Shown here in pieces: positions 38,464 to 50,861 of a stretch of 54,610 nucleotides of DNA. Position 1 is the stretch's first letter. Every line of letters begins with the position of its first letter. The translations under genes and the position numbers were made by a program. The stretch is from the NCBI GenBank assembly GCA_043758125.1, contig JAYVOC010000276.1:1-54610 (forward strand), read 5' to 3'. Below the pieces are notes generated by a model. The model was given only the letters and a program-made list of their open reading frames with translations, was not told the DNA's origin and made no database searches. This stretch comes from Bacteroidota bacterium (GTDB lineage: Bacteria > Bacteroidota > Bacteroidia > AKYH767-A > OLB10).

Positions 38464-39960
38464 TTAAGATTTAACTTTATAAACAAAGACTGGTTGATTT
38501 TTATTATTCTTATTTAACCAATGCAATAAATTGTCCATAAAGCTAGGTTCTGCAGTGTAAACTAATTCAATATTTTTTCCGCTTTTGATTTGAAAATTGG
38601 TTGTCCTTTTTTGAAGATCTTGATCCTCAAAAAATAAAATATAATTTGGAAATTGTTCCTTGTTATTTCTTTGTAATGCCACCTTCAAACTATCTACAGT
38701 AAATCCTGAATAGATGGAATATCCCTTTTGCCATTTTCCACTGTAATATTGTGGCAATAGTTGCGCATCATCTGTATGACTTGATTCAATTATAAAATTA
38801 TTGTAATCTGGTTTATTATACAAATAATACATTGCTTCTACGCGCGATCTTTTTGAGTACATAGTACTGATAAATAAAAGTGGTAGAATATTAATGATCC
38901 AAAAAAATTTCCAAGATCCAACTTCAAATTTTTTCCATTTAATATGTTCTCTTATTTGAGCCCATCCAACTATTCCTCCACAAATTAAATAAGGGACAAA
39001 TGGCATTATAAATCGTTCCTGTTTATTTGGAAAATAGCTATGAAAAATAAAGAAACATAACGATGGTAAAAACAAAACAAAAATCTTTTTCCAACTTTTA
39101 AAATATCCCGCAATTAAATATAAACTTATAGGTGGAATTAACATCCCTCCAACAGTAAAAATATATTGATAAGAAGGTCGATTAAAATAACTTGTAGAGT
39201 TTGCAAAATTATAATTTACATATTCTTTTAACTCCACAAATGGCAACCCCCAAAGAAACATATCTGCCGATTGAGTAATAAAAAAAGTTGTAAAAAAAAC
39301 AGCAAAACAAATCACTCCATTGATGAATTCTTTTCTTATTAAAAACACTAATCCAACCCCTACAAAAAAGAACAAACATTGATACCGAATACCCATTGCA
39401 ATGCCTATAAATAATCCTACCCAAACAGCGTATTTACTATTTTTAGTTTCGTCAAATTTTATCAATGCTAATGAGGAAGCTAACAATGGAGGAACGCATA
39501 CCCATTCCACTAAATTACGAACACTCAAGGATGGTATAAACCATAATAAAGCTAATATCCATCCAGCCTCTTTTGCTACTTTTTCGTTGCTCAGTCGAAG
39601 AGTGATTTTATACCCAAGAATGATGACCAATAAGGAATAACAAGCGTGAATACACCTTATCAAAAGCATTTTTACTTGTGGATCATTTACATTGACAACC
39701 TGAAAAAATTTAAACAAAAGAATATGAAATCCTACATAAAACCAACTATGACCGCTCACCTGTCCGCCAGCATTCCAAGGCAACCAGTTGTTATAATCAT
39801 AACCGGCAGCAATACTTTGACCAGCTTCTATAACCAAAAAATGATCATCGTGCATCCCGTAGCCTTTCGAAAAAAATACAGCGATTAATCGAACCAAAAA
39901 TCCAACAAGCACTATAAACGTGAGTGGATTTTTTTCATAATATGTCTTAATGATTTTCAT
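38464..39960 (-). CDS. Polytopic membrane glycosyltransferase (GT-C fold, Alg9/PIG-type mannosyltransferase-like)
   Basis: More than 10 hydrophobic helices are predicted. An acidic first-loop motif (GYGMHDDHFLVIE) is typical of GT-C enzymes. A soluble C-terminal domain follows. Confidence 0.65.
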   Translation of the reverse strand: MKIIKTYYEKNPLTFIVLVGFLVRLIAVFFSKGYGMHDDHFLVIEAGQSIAAGYDYNNWLPWNAGGQVSGHSWFYVGFHILLFKFFQVVNVNDPQVKMLLIRCIHACYSLLVIILGYKITLRLSNEKVAKEAGWILALLWFIPSLSVRNLVEWVCVPPLLASSLALIKFDETKNSKYAVWVGLFIGIAMGIRYQCLFFFVGVGLVFLIRKEFINGVICFAVFFTTFFITQSADMFLWGLPFVELKEYVNYNFANSTSYFNRPSYQYIFTVGGMLIPPISLYLIAGYFKSWKKIFVLFLPSLCFFIFHSYFPNKQERFIMPFVPYLICGGIVGWAQIREHIKWKKFEVGSWKFFWIINILPLLFISTMYSKRSRVEAMYYLYNKPDYNNFIIESSHTDDAQLLPQYYSGKWQKGYSIYSGFTVDSLKVALQRNNKEQFPNYILFFEDQDLQKRTTNFQIKSGKNIELVYTAEPSFMDNLLHWLNKNNKNQPVFVYKVKS

Positions 39961-40134
39961 AGATTTCCGATGCGAAAGTAAATCATTGATAATAGATTTT
40001 ACTTGATTATCTTATTTCGTTCAGAATTGATAAGATTTAAACCAATTATTAGTAGATTTAAAGCACTGATTATTACTAATACTTACTTATTAACATTGGA
40101 CTCCATTTAAGAGTGTATATCGTCTTAAAATTCG

Positions 40135-40142
40135 TATCTTTG
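40135..40142 (+). promoter_or_regulatory. Bacteroidota -7 promoter motif (TAnnTTTG) upstream of gyrB
   Basis: TATCTTTG matches the consensus exactly, 36 nt upstream of the preferred gyrB ATG. Confidence 0.4.
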
Positions 40143-40150
40143 ACATGTAA

Positions 40151-42148
<1,998 letters not shown>

Positions 42149-42166
42149 TATCTCCTAAATAATTAT

Positions 42167-42197
42167 AAAAACGCAGCCTTCCGGCTGCGTTTTTTTT
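42167..42197 (+). terminator. Rho-independent terminator of gyrB
   Basis: AAAAACGCAGCC pairs with GGCTGCGTTTTT across the loop TTCC, and a T run follows. Confidence 0.9.
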
Positions 42198-42401
42198 GTG
42201 TACTATCCAAAAATCCCAATCAGCAATCACCCAACTTTTATTAAATCATCTAAGAACTTAAACCCTTTCATTCTTATTCGGGAAGATTTTTTTCCATGAT
42301 CTTAACTAGTTGATAAAAATTCGCTAATACATATTTGTTTCACTCCATACGTTTTCCATAACTTCGCCACCAATATCCTATTAAATAAATCTATTATAAA
42401 A

Positions 42402-43343
42402 ATGAAAGTAACTGTTGTAGGCGCGGGCAATGTAGGTGCCACTTGCGCGAATGTAATTGCTCATAAAGAACTTGCCAACGAAGTAATTCTACTTGACATT
42501 AAAGAAGGAATTGCTGAAGGTAAATCTCTTGATATTTGGCAAACTGCTCCCATCAATTTATATGATACGAGAGTGAAAGGATCTACAAATGATTATGCTG
42601 CTACTGCTGGATCTGATGTTGTTGTGATCACTTCTGGATTGCCTCGTAAACCAGGAATGAGTCGTGATGATTTAATCGCAACAAATGCTGGAATCGTAAA
42701 ATCAGTAACAGAAAACATTGTTAAATACTCGCCAAATACAATTATTATTGTTGTGAGTAACCCATTGGATGTGATGACTTATTGTTCTTACATGACTTCT
42801 GGGTTAAAGTCGAGCAAAGTATTTGGTATGGCAGGGATTCTTGATACTGCTCGTTATCGTGCATTCCTTGCAGAAGCTTTAAATTGTTCACCAAAAGATA
42901 TTCAAGCAGTTTTAATGGGTGGTCATGGTGATACAATGGTTCCATTGCCACGTTACACTACTGTCGCAGGAATTCCAGTTACTGAGTTAATTGCTACTGA
43001 TAAATTAGACGCTATTATTCAACGCGCAAAAGTTGGTGGTGGTGAGTTAGTGAATTTAATGGGAACATCAGCATGGTATGCGCCTGGTGCTGCAGCAGCT
43101 CAAATGGTTGAAGCTATTGTTCGTGATCAGAAAAGAATATTCCCTGTTTGTGCGTGGTTAAATGGAGAATATGGAATGAAGGATATTTATCTTGGTGTTC
43201 CAGTAAAATTAGGCAAGAATGGTATTGAACAAATTATTGAACTTAAATTAAATGATGCCGAAATGGATCTATTAAAAAAATCAGGAACTGCTGTAAAAGA
43301 AGTGATGGATGTATTAGATAAAATGCAAGAGACGGTAAAATAA
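42402..43343 (+). CDS. mdh: Malate dehydrogenase (LDH-like MDH family)
   Basis: The N-terminus is MKVTVVGAGNVGATCA. GLPRKPGMSRDDL contains the substrate-discriminating Arg. GGHGDTMVP is also present. Confidence 0.93.
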   Translation: MKVTVVGAGNVGATCANVIAHKELANEVILLDIKEGIAEGKSLDIWQTAPINLYDTRVKGSTNDYAATAGSDVVVITSGLPRKPGMSRDDLIATNAGIVKSVTENIVKYSPNTIIIVVSNPLDVMTYCSYMTSGLKSSKVFGMAGILDTARYRAFLAEALNCSPKDIQAVLMGGHGDTMVPLPRYTTVAGIPVTELIATDKLDAIIQRAKVGGGELVNLMGTSAWYAPGAAAAQMVEAIVRDQKRIFPVCAWLNGEYGMKDIYLGVPVKLGKNGIEQIIELKLNDAEMDLLKKSGTAVKEVMDVLDKMQETVK

Positions 43344-43362
43344 ATTATTGAACTAATAAATC

Positions 43363-43396
43363 AAACAGCGTATCTGTAAAGATGCGCTGTTTTTTA
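43363..43396 (+). terminator. Rho-independent terminator of mdh
   Basis: AAACAGCGTATC pairs with GATGCGCTGTTT (one G-U pair) across a 6-nt loop, and TTTT follows. Confidence 0.8.
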
Positions 43397-43437
43397 TTTA
43401 AGGATTTTTATAAGATGAATTTTAACAACTAATCAAG

Positions 43438-43869
43438 ATGCCCTCTTCTATACTAACGATTGAAAAATTTATTATTCCTCCTGTCGGATTACACATTCAT
43501 ATCAAGATTTTTTTAAATAATAAAGTGGCAAGATTTGTTGTTGATACTGGTGCATCTCAAACTGTAATTGATAAAAATCGTGCAGAACACTTTATTCCTG
43601 GAGGAATACACCGAAAGCTGGATGCCTTAACAGCAGGAATTGGAACTAATACTTTGGAAAGTCAGGCAGTAATTATAAAAAACATCCGCATCGGAGAACT
43701 GAAAATCAAGAATTATGAATTAATACTTCTCGATTTGCAACATGTAAATGAAAGTTACAAAACGATGGGCTTTAAAGAAATTGATGGAATATTTGGCAGT
43801 GAACTTTTAAATAAATATTCCGCCGTCATTGATTTCAGAAAAGCACAATTGAAATTCAGCTGGAAATAA
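43438..43869 (+). CDS. Retropepsin-like (clan AA) aspartic protease domain protein
   Basis: The 143-aa product has an FVVDTGASQTVID active-site-like D-T-G motif and a later IDGIFG flap/dimer region. Confidence 0.7.
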   Translation: MPSSILTIEKFIIPPVGLHIHIKIFLNNKVARFVVDTGASQTVIDKNRAEHFIPGGIHRKLDALTAGIGTNTLESQAVIIKNIRIGELKIKNYELILLDLQHVNESYKTMGFKEIDGIFGSELLNKYSAVIDFRKAQLKFSWK

Positions 43870-43877
43870 TCAAATAA

Positions 43878-44285
43878 CTATAAAAAGCGATCTTTTTCAT
43901 TTTGATCAGGGATTCTACAGATACTTCTTTTACCAAACCATTTGTATCTATTTTTTGCAATCCATTTATAGATCAAATTACGAAGCAGTGGAGGTACTAT
44001 TAAAAATGCTGCAAATAAATTAAAAGGTAATCCTAATAACCAACAGATTTTTAAGATGGCCGTTGAATGGTGATAAACTTTGTTATTATAAATCAAGATT
44101 ACCGAATCAACATTTTGCAACTTATATTCTTCCACTAATTTCAATCCTGCTTCTTGTTGAGATGCAGCGAATAAAAACTTCTTTTCCTTGTCATATTTAA
44201 TAATTAAGTCGATTGTTGAAGAACAGAAATTACAGTATCCATCAAATAAAATAACTGGACGAACTAAAGTTGTCATCAATTTCAA
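43878..44285 (-). CDS. DCC-family thiol-disulfide oxidoreductase (DUF393)
   Basis: ILFDGYCNFCSSTI carries the D-x-x-C-x-x-C motif. The product is 135 aa with a hydrophobic C-terminal segment. Confidence 0.8.
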   Translation of the reverse strand: MKLMTTLVRPVILFDGYCNFCSSTIDLIIKYDKEKKFLFAASQQEAGLKLVEEYKLQNVDSVILIYNNKVYHHSTAILKICWLLGLPFNLFAAFLIVPPLLRNLIYKWIAKNRYKWFGKRSICRIPDQNEKDRFL

Positions 44286-44333
44286 ACTATTTATTATACC
44301 TAATTTATTAAATACTCAATACATTTTTTTATC

Positions 44334-45797
44334 TTAAGGACGAACAGAAACCGAATATGGATCTACAGATAATTCAGGTTTATAATCTCTAATATAATCC
44401 AAGGTATTTAAATCGATTACACTTAAATAACCGTTTTTTCCTGCACATGCTGTTGGATGATGTGGCGCAATTCCACCCGAAACATTTCTATTGGCAACAT
44501 AAACTAACTGTTTCTTTTCATCTACTGCTATACCATGTGGCTGCCAACCAACCTGCACTTTTTTTAATTCTGTGAATGAATTTAAATCAATTACACTTAC
44601 AGAACCTTTCACATTTGGAAAAGTATTGTCTTCCATATTCGTTACGAATGCGAGATTATGAGATGGGGATACCACAATTTCTTGAGGGTATTTCCCAACG
44701 GAAATTATAGCAAATAAAGTATCTGTTGCGGAATCCATTACTCGTACTTCATTATAATTTGTATCCTGACAAGTAACAAGGTAATGCGCAAAATCAGGAG
44801 TGAAAACTAAATCGTGAGGCTTCAAACTTGTAAACGGTGCTTGTCCAAATTTCCACAATCTTTTATATTGATAATTATTAATATCATTGATTGGGATTTT
44901 AAAAATACTACTTTCATTTTGACACGTAACATAAATTGTATCGTTACTTTGATTTAATGCAATACCATGCAATTGTTGGCCTGTACTTCCAATTAAAAAA
45001 GGACCTTCAGTATGACAAATTCCTGTAACCAAATCAACAAATGAAATTCGTCCTTGACTATAATCAACGATATAAGCCGACTTTGAATCACTACTAATTA
45101 TTCCAGTATTCCATTGTCCGGATATTCCATTTCCGATAGGTATTGTACGTATCAATTGATCGGTAGCTGCATCGAAAATCTGTATGACATCTGAATTCAA
45201 AAATACGGCCATCCAAAATTTACCATCAGCAGAAACGCGGATATTATGCGGTGCTTCTGGATGTGTTGGATCTGGATTTATTCCTACGTCCACCATTCGC
45301 ATAATTACCCTTCTATCTGTATCAAAAACTGAAACAACATCACATCCTTGATTTGAAACATAAAATTTATGTCGCAATGGATTTCCAGAAAATGCAATGT
45401 TTCCCTTGTTATCAGGTGCCCCAGAATTTATCCAAGATCGTAATGTTAAATAATCAGTAGCAGATAGCGCAGGTAAATTAATGGGCATCGTAGGTTTCGA
45501 TACTAATCCTAATAATGTATCCGTACACGTAAAATACAAAAGCGTACTGTAATCGCCTCGGTAAGGAATTGTTACGGCACCATTACTTGTTCCGTTAAAC
45601 ATAACATCCCAAGAACTAAGATCTAACCCTCCTGCCGCACTATTACTAATTGAATTATGGCAACCCGCAGTTGCACATTTACCAACAATAATTTTTTCTA
45701 CAGCTTGCGGATAATTTGTGCTAATGGCAACATCAGGAATATCAGTTTTACATGATGAGATAAATAGCAATGCAAAAAATAGTTCATTAATTCTCAT
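44334..45797 (-). CDS. Lipoprotein with an N-terminal C-X4-CH cytochrome-c-like (PSCyt1-like) domain fused to a YVTN/YncE-type beta-propeller
   Basis: The lipobox is FALLFISSCKTD. The N-terminal domain reads IIVGKCATAGCHNS...GGLDLSSW...STLLYF...MPINLPALSATDYLTLRSWINSGAPD. Repeated Y(V/I)(T/S/A)N-type blades follow (FYVSNQGCDVVSVFD, AYIVDYSQGRISFVD, IYVTCQNES, AFVTNMEDN, VYVANRNVSG). Confidence 0.7.
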   Translation of the reverse strand: MRINELFFALLFISSCKTDIPDVAISTNYPQAVEKIIVGKCATAGCHNSISNSAAGGLDLSSWDVMFNGTSNGAVTIPYRGDYSTLLYFTCTDTLLGLVSKPTMPINLPALSATDYLTLRSWINSGAPDNKGNIAFSGNPLRHKFYVSNQGCDVVSVFDTDRRVIMRMVDVGINPDPTHPEAPHNIRVSADGKFWMAVFLNSDVIQIFDAATDQLIRTIPIGNGISGQWNTGIISSDSKSAYIVDYSQGRISFVDLVTGICHTEGPFLIGSTGQQLHGIALNQSNDTIYVTCQNESSIFKIPINDINNYQYKRLWKFGQAPFTSLKPHDLVFTPDFAHYLVTCQDTNYNEVRVMDSATDTLFAIISVGKYPQEIVVSPSHNLAFVTNMEDNTFPNVKGSVSVIDLNSFTELKKVQVGWQPHGIAVDEKKQLVYVANRNVSGGIAPHHPTACAGKNGYLSVIDLNTLDYIRDYKPELSVDPYSVSVRP

Positions 45798-45799
45798 CG

Positions 45800-46207
45800 C
45801 TAATCTCCTTCCGTTACTGGCACAATTAAATTTATTGTTCCATTATTTTGATCAGTACTAAATGGTATTCCGCCTTTCACAATATTTTTGGTTGGATCGA
45901 GTGTACTGTCAATGCCAACTGCATATAAATAATATTCTCCTTTTTGCAAATTAGAAACAGCGATTTCAACACTGTTATTTGCGATCTTATAACTTTTATC
46001 AAATGCAGAAGCATTTCCATTTCCGGGAAGTTCTTGAGTACAATATTTGATGTAAAGTGTACATCCAGGAATTGATTTTGTATGGTGCATCGTTTTTGCA
46101 ATAATTGTTAAGTTACCACCTAGTCCAGCAGTACAATCATTTGACTTTTTACATCCACCAAAAAACAATGGAATTAATAAACAGAAATTAATTAAATAAA
46201 TTTTCAT
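45800..46207 (-). CDS. Small lipoprotein (beta-sandwich-like), function unknown
   Basis: The lipobox is LIPLFFGGCKKSND. The ORF is 135 aa. The gap to the downstream propeller gene is 2 nt. Confidence 0.6.
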   Translation of the reverse strand: MKIYLINFCLLIPLFFGGCKKSNDCTAGLGGNLTIIAKTMHHTKSIPGCTLYIKYCTQELPGNGNASAFDKSYKIANNSVEIAVSNLQKGEYYLYAVGIDSTLDPTKNIVKGGIPFSTDQNNGTINLIVPVTEGD

Positions 46208-46230
46208 AAGTGTAAATGTTTGGCGTTTAA

Positions 46231-48468
46231 TTATTCTTTAACAAATTTTCTTGTAAAGATTTGCTTACCGTTATTCGCTTGAATCAGATAATAACCTGCA
46301 GACAATTCTGAGATGCCAATATTAACTGTTTCTGATCTGGCTTCTTCTCTCTTCACAACATTACCTAAAACATCAAAGATCACAAGTTGGATTTTTGATG
46401 CTTGATTTTTACTGTCAAATTGCAAATACAAAACATCACTAACTGGATTTGGAAACAAATTAAAAAATGAGCTGTTAGTTGCATCCAAATTTGCAACTGA
46501 CAAGATTACATTTTGTGTGTACAATGCAACACCCCCCATGGAATTACCAACAACAACATCGTATTTTGTATCGCCATCGAGATCAGCCACTGCAGGAACG
46601 CAGCGAGCAGGCTCGTAAATATTTTGAAACATTGAATCTTGAAGTGTAAACGATCCGGTTAAATTTCCATCAATATTTGTGTAGTGATATAGATAACCAC
46701 TTATAGATCCAACTAACAATTCATAATTACCATTATGATCAAAAAGACAAGGAGCGCTTAGTCCTGCAATAGCACCAGCGGAAACATTTACTGCTCCAAA
46801 ATTATTACTTTGTAAAGTAAATATTGGTGCATTTACTGAGCCAATATTTTTGTAATAACTCAAAGTACCAATTCGATTACCAATCACTAAATCCAATTTA
46901 CCATCACGATCCACATCAATTAATTGTGGTGATGCTGCTGCACTAACATTTATCGACTGATAATTTGATTGCGAAAAAATAAAGTTTGGAGATGTTGCTG
47001 TTCCTATATTTTGAAAATAAATCAAACTACCGCCATCTTCACCAAGTATCATATCCAAATCATTATCGCCATCTAAATCACCAAAAGTTGGGAAGACCCC
47101 TAATATTCCCAAATTCGAAATACTATCAAAATCATCAGTAATCAAATGGAATTTTGCTTTTAGAGAAGTACCTATATTTTTATAAAATGCAATTTTTGTT
47201 TGATGGGGATTTGAATAAAAATCATTTCCAATGAGCATATCTGTTAAGCCATCTCCATCTATATCAACTAAAACAGGATGTGCGCTAGAACCTACATCAA
47301 TCATTGTATTAGCAAGAAATCTATTTGTAACATGAGCAAAAACATTTGTAGTATTGTTAGTTGTGTTTTTATATAGTTGTACATTATTATAATTTTCTGC
47401 ACCTGGGACAAAATTTGCTGCAATTAAATCTTTCTTTCCATCATTATCCGCATCAAAATAATAAGGAGCAGGAAACGGTGATCCAGCTTGAATTACTGGA
47501 ATATTATAATTAGGAAAAATGGAATCGTAAGCACATGCATAAGCTGAATCTGGCGTACCACAATTATTGATCATTAATAAATTTGTTCCGCCTACATCAC
47601 CAACAATAATATCCTGATCACCATCGCCATCAATATCTAATGCTAATGTTGCAGATCCATTATGTCGATATTGGGCGAGTTTTTCCTCTTCAACTTTTGT
47701 TCTGAATGGATTGGCTGGAGTTAAAAAACATGTTCCACTAGAACCTGGATAAAGTATGGCAGTATTGTAAGAACCATTGGTATAAAAATATCCCCAGCAA
47801 CCTGTAATGTTGTAAATATAATTCAAGTTCCCAAAACCAGTAGATGAGTCGGAGGCAATATTTTTATTGTTCTCATAAAAGTTTCCACCAATTGAAAAAG
47901 CAAGGACATCCATATCCATATCGTTTTCCAAATCTGTTAACGCTGGCATATCAACTCGAGTTACATAAATTGGAGTAGAGAAAGTTCCGTAATGTGTATT
48001 AACAAGAATCGGAACTTGATTAAACGATAATCCATTTGTAGGAGTATAATCATTTCTAAACAATTCTAATCCGCCTGAAACATAATATGAAAACAAATCC
48101 ATGTCTCCATCATGATCATAATCATAAGTTCGAATCCATCCTTCCAATCCTTTAGGAAAAAGTTTTTCATATTTTGGTGCAAACACCCAAGGGTTTTTGG
48201 TGGTTGATCCATTATTAATAAAACAATTCATCCTGAAAACATTTCTATTCACCCAATCAAAAACAATAAGATCCATTTTGCCATCGCCATTCAAATCCAT
48301 GTCGGCAAAAACAGGAGCATTAAACCCACCTGTCCATGCGTTTTCTAATCGAATATTAGCAATATCTACTGCAATACTAGTATCACGAAAAAGTGTTACT
48401 GATTGCGCTGATAATTTACCTGTTAGAAAAAATAAAATAACCAACAAAGAATTAGTAAGTGCTTTCAT
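46231..48468 (-). CDS. FG-GAP/VCBS-repeat protein with a T9SS type-A C-terminal sorting domain
   Basis: A signal peptide is present. Calcium-binding-like loops recur (DLNGDGKMDL, DYDHDGDMDL, DIDGDGDQD, DADNDGKKDL, DIDGDGLTD, GDLDGDNDLD, DVDRDGKLD, DLDGDTKYD). The C-terminus reads FNLFPNPVSDVLYLQF...YLIQ. Confidence 0.85.
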   Translation of the reverse strand: MKALTNSLLVILFFLTGKLSAQSVTLFRDTSIAVDIANIRLENAWTGGFNAPVFADMDLNGDGKMDLIVFDWVNRNVFRMNCFINNGSTTKNPWVFAPKYEKLFPKGLEGWIRTYDYDHDGDMDLFSYYVSGGLELFRNDYTPTNGLSFNQVPILVNTHYGTFSTPIYVTRVDMPALTDLENDMDMDVLAFSIGGNFYENNKNIASDSSTGFGNLNYIYNITGCWGYFYTNGSYNTAILYPGSSGTCFLTPANPFRTKVEEEKLAQYRHNGSATLALDIDGDGDQDIIVGDVGGTNLLMINNCGTPDSAYACAYDSIFPNYNIPVIQAGSPFPAPYYFDADNDGKKDLIAANFVPGAENYNNVQLYKNTTNNTTNVFAHVTNRFLANTMIDVGSSAHPVLVDIDGDGLTDMLIGNDFYSNPHQTKIAFYKNIGTSLKAKFHLITDDFDSISNLGILGVFPTFGDLDGDNDLDMILGEDGGSLIYFQNIGTATSPNFIFSQSNYQSINVSAAASPQLIDVDRDGKLDLVIGNRIGTLSYYKNIGSVNAPIFTLQSNNFGAVNVSAGAIAGLSAPCLFDHNGNYELLVGSISGYLYHYTNIDGNLTGSFTLQDSMFQNIYEPARCVPAVADLDGDTKYDVVVGNSMGGVALYTQNVILSVANLDATNSSFFNLFPNPVSDVLYLQFDSKNQASKIQLVIFDVLGNVVKREEARSETVNIGISELSAGYYLIQANNGKQIFTRKFVKE

Positions 48469-48478
48469 AAATTCAGCG

Positions 48479-50689
48479 TTATTGTTTTATCATTTTTTTT
48501 ACGAATAATTCATTAGCAATACTAATCTTAATAACGTAAACTGCATTTGTCAAATCAGAAACATTTATATCCATCGAATTACCTTCAAACGTTGACTGAA
48601 ATACTCTTCGTCCCATTAAATCGCATATCTCTATTTTACGCTGTTCTTTCGTGTTTAGTTGCATCAATTGAATAGTTAACATATTAGAAACTGGATTTGG
48701 TAAAATTTTTATTTCGCCCGACAAATGTTCATGCATTGCGAGAGATGTAAAAACGGATTGTGTGTATAATCTCAATCCACCTGCTCTATTTCCTGTTAAT
48801 AAATCTTGCTTATTATCACCATCAATATCTGCTCTAGCAATACTTACCGATCGTGGTTCAAATATCTGTTGATACATACTATCAATTAATGTAAATGTTC
48901 CAGTTAAGTTACCATCGATATTTCCATACTGATGGATATATCCGCTTTCTGATCCGACTAACATTTCGTATGTTCCATTATTATCATAAAGCAATGGAAT
49001 ACTTAAACCAGCACCAGCACCAATTTGCGATACATTTACTCCACCAAAAACTGAAGTTATTAATGTAAAAACAGGATTGGATGCAATTGCTGATGTATTT
49101 CTGTAATATCTTATTTGTCCATTTCTATTTCCTAATAACAAATCGATTTTACCATCGCGATCCACATCTATTAATTGTGGAACAGCATTATTACCACCTG
49201 AAATATTTTGAAATGGCGCTTGTACAAAAACATAATTTGATGGAGCCCCAATTGCTGCTGTGTTACGATAAAATATCAAATCACCAGTGTTATTTCCAAG
49301 TAGTAAATCTTGATCGCCGTCAGCGTCAATATCACCAAAGGAAGGACTTAAACCTGTTTGTTGTAAAGAAGACAATCCCAACCAATCATCTGTAATAAGT
49401 GTAAAGGCTGGTTGTGTTAAAGAACCTGTATTTCGATAATAAGAGACTCGAGAAAAAGCAAGCGAAGGATTCTTATTATAATACTGATCATCACCAACAA
49501 TAATATCAAGTAAGCCATCATTATCAACATCGCTGAATGCAACATTTGAAGAAGTACCAACATCTATCATGTCACCAACAAGCATTCTGTTTGTAGTAAA
49601 ACTAAATTGATTGGAACAATTATCAGTCATGTTTTCATAATACAAAACATTAAAATAATCTTCTCCTGCATTTGATGCTGGAGTAACAATTAAATCTTTT
49701 TTACCATCATTATTAACATCTAGATATGCGGGTGATGGAAGATTGCTAAGGTTAACAGAAATAGAATTAGAAGGAAAAAAAGTGTCTTGCGCTGTTATGT
49801 GTGCGGATGAACTAGTACCCCCATTTTCCAAAAATAACAAGTTAGTTCCAAGTATATCTCCATTTAATAAATCATAGTCGCCATCACATCCTTGATCAAA
49901 CCCAATTAAAATTGATCCAGAATGTTGATTGGTGGTTTTAAGAATTGAATCATCATTAATTAAATTACCTCGACATACTACATTTAGATTTGCAAAGTTG
50001 GATAAACCGTCTAATTGAAATTGCCCCCAGCAATAGGGTTCATAGAACATATTAAATCCATCACAACTTGAGGTCGCGGAAGAATCAGCAAAATAATTAC
50101 GATAATATTCAATAGTGTTATTTGAGTTAGCAAAAATCAAGACATCAATATCACCATCATTATCGATATCCATAAAGGCTGGAACATTTAAATCACTACC
50201 GGTTATGTCTTTATAGAAAGTACCAAACCATGCTGTTAAATGATTTGTTACAGGAGTAAAAACTAAGCCTGTTGTAACAGAATAATCATTTCTATAAACT
50301 GCAATTGCTTTGTTATTGTAAACGAACAAATCCATGTCACCATCACAATCAAAGTCTACAGATCGAACCCATTTACTCATTAGCGGAAAACGACTGATAT
50401 AACTTGGATCATAATGATAGGAAACTTGTCCTGTAATGCCATCATTAATAAAAGTAGAAACACGTTCACCCACTCTATCAAATGTAAAGAGGTCTTTAAT
50501 TCCATCACCATTTAAATCAATTTCATTGATAATAGGACTGTTTAACCCACCTGCCCAAGGAGAAGTAAGGATTGAACCGTTTATAGTTACAGTTGGTCGT
50601 TGATCAAGATAAAGAAACTGACCAGAAGACTGTGAGTAGCAAATAGTCCATGAACAAAGGAAAATCCCGATAACTAATAATCGAAACAT
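48479..50689 (-). CDS. FG-GAP/VCBS-repeat protein with a T9SS type-A C-terminal sorting domain, tandem paralog of 46231-48468
   Basis: The architecture matches the paralog and is colinear with it (W.GG.N.P...(D/E).DLNGDG.(K/M)DL, DGDMDLF, QLIDVDRDGK.DL..GNR.G...YY.N). The C-terminus reads KILPNPVSNMLTIQL...YVIKI. Confidence 0.85.
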   Translation of the reverse strand: MFRLLVIGIFLCSWTICYSQSSGQFLYLDQRPTVTINGSILTSPWAGGLNSPIINEIDLNGDGIKDLFTFDRVGERVSTFINDGITGQVSYHYDPSYISRFPLMSKWVRSVDFDCDGDMDLFVYNNKAIAVYRNDYSVTTGLVFTPVTNHLTAWFGTFYKDITGSDLNVPAFMDIDNDGDIDVLIFANSNNTIEYYRNYFADSSATSSCDGFNMFYEPYCWGQFQLDGLSNFANLNVVCRGNLINDDSILKTTNQHSGSILIGFDQGCDGDYDLLNGDILGTNLLFLENGGTSSSAHITAQDTFFPSNSISVNLSNLPSPAYLDVNNDGKKDLIVTPASNAGEDYFNVLYYENMTDNCSNQFSFTTNRMLVGDMIDVGTSSNVAFSDVDNDGLLDIIVGDDQYYNKNPSLAFSRVSYYRNTGSLTQPAFTLITDDWLGLSSLQQTGLSPSFGDIDADGDQDLLLGNNTGDLIFYRNTAAIGAPSNYVFVQAPFQNISGGNNAVPQLIDVDRDGKIDLLLGNRNGQIRYYRNTSAIASNPVFTLITSVFGGVNVSQIGAGAGLSIPLLYDNNGTYEMLVGSESGYIHQYGNIDGNLTGTFTLIDSMYQQIFEPRSVSIARADIDGDNKQDLLTGNRAGGLRLYTQSVFTSLAMHEHLSGEIKILPNPVSNMLTIQLMQLNTKEQRKIEICDLMGRRVFQSTFEGNSMDINVSDLTNAVYVIKISIANELFVKKMIKQ

Positions 50690-50861
50690 ATAATTTTGGT
50701 AAAGAGTGTGTTGAACAAAGATATGTATAAGTGAATAATGATTAAGCGGATTATTTTCTGTTTTTTACATAAGTCATACAGGAAGAGAATTTAAATGATT
50801 TCTATTAATTTTTACATATTCTCCTTAATCCTTAATAAATTCGTAGCATATTCAATTAATC

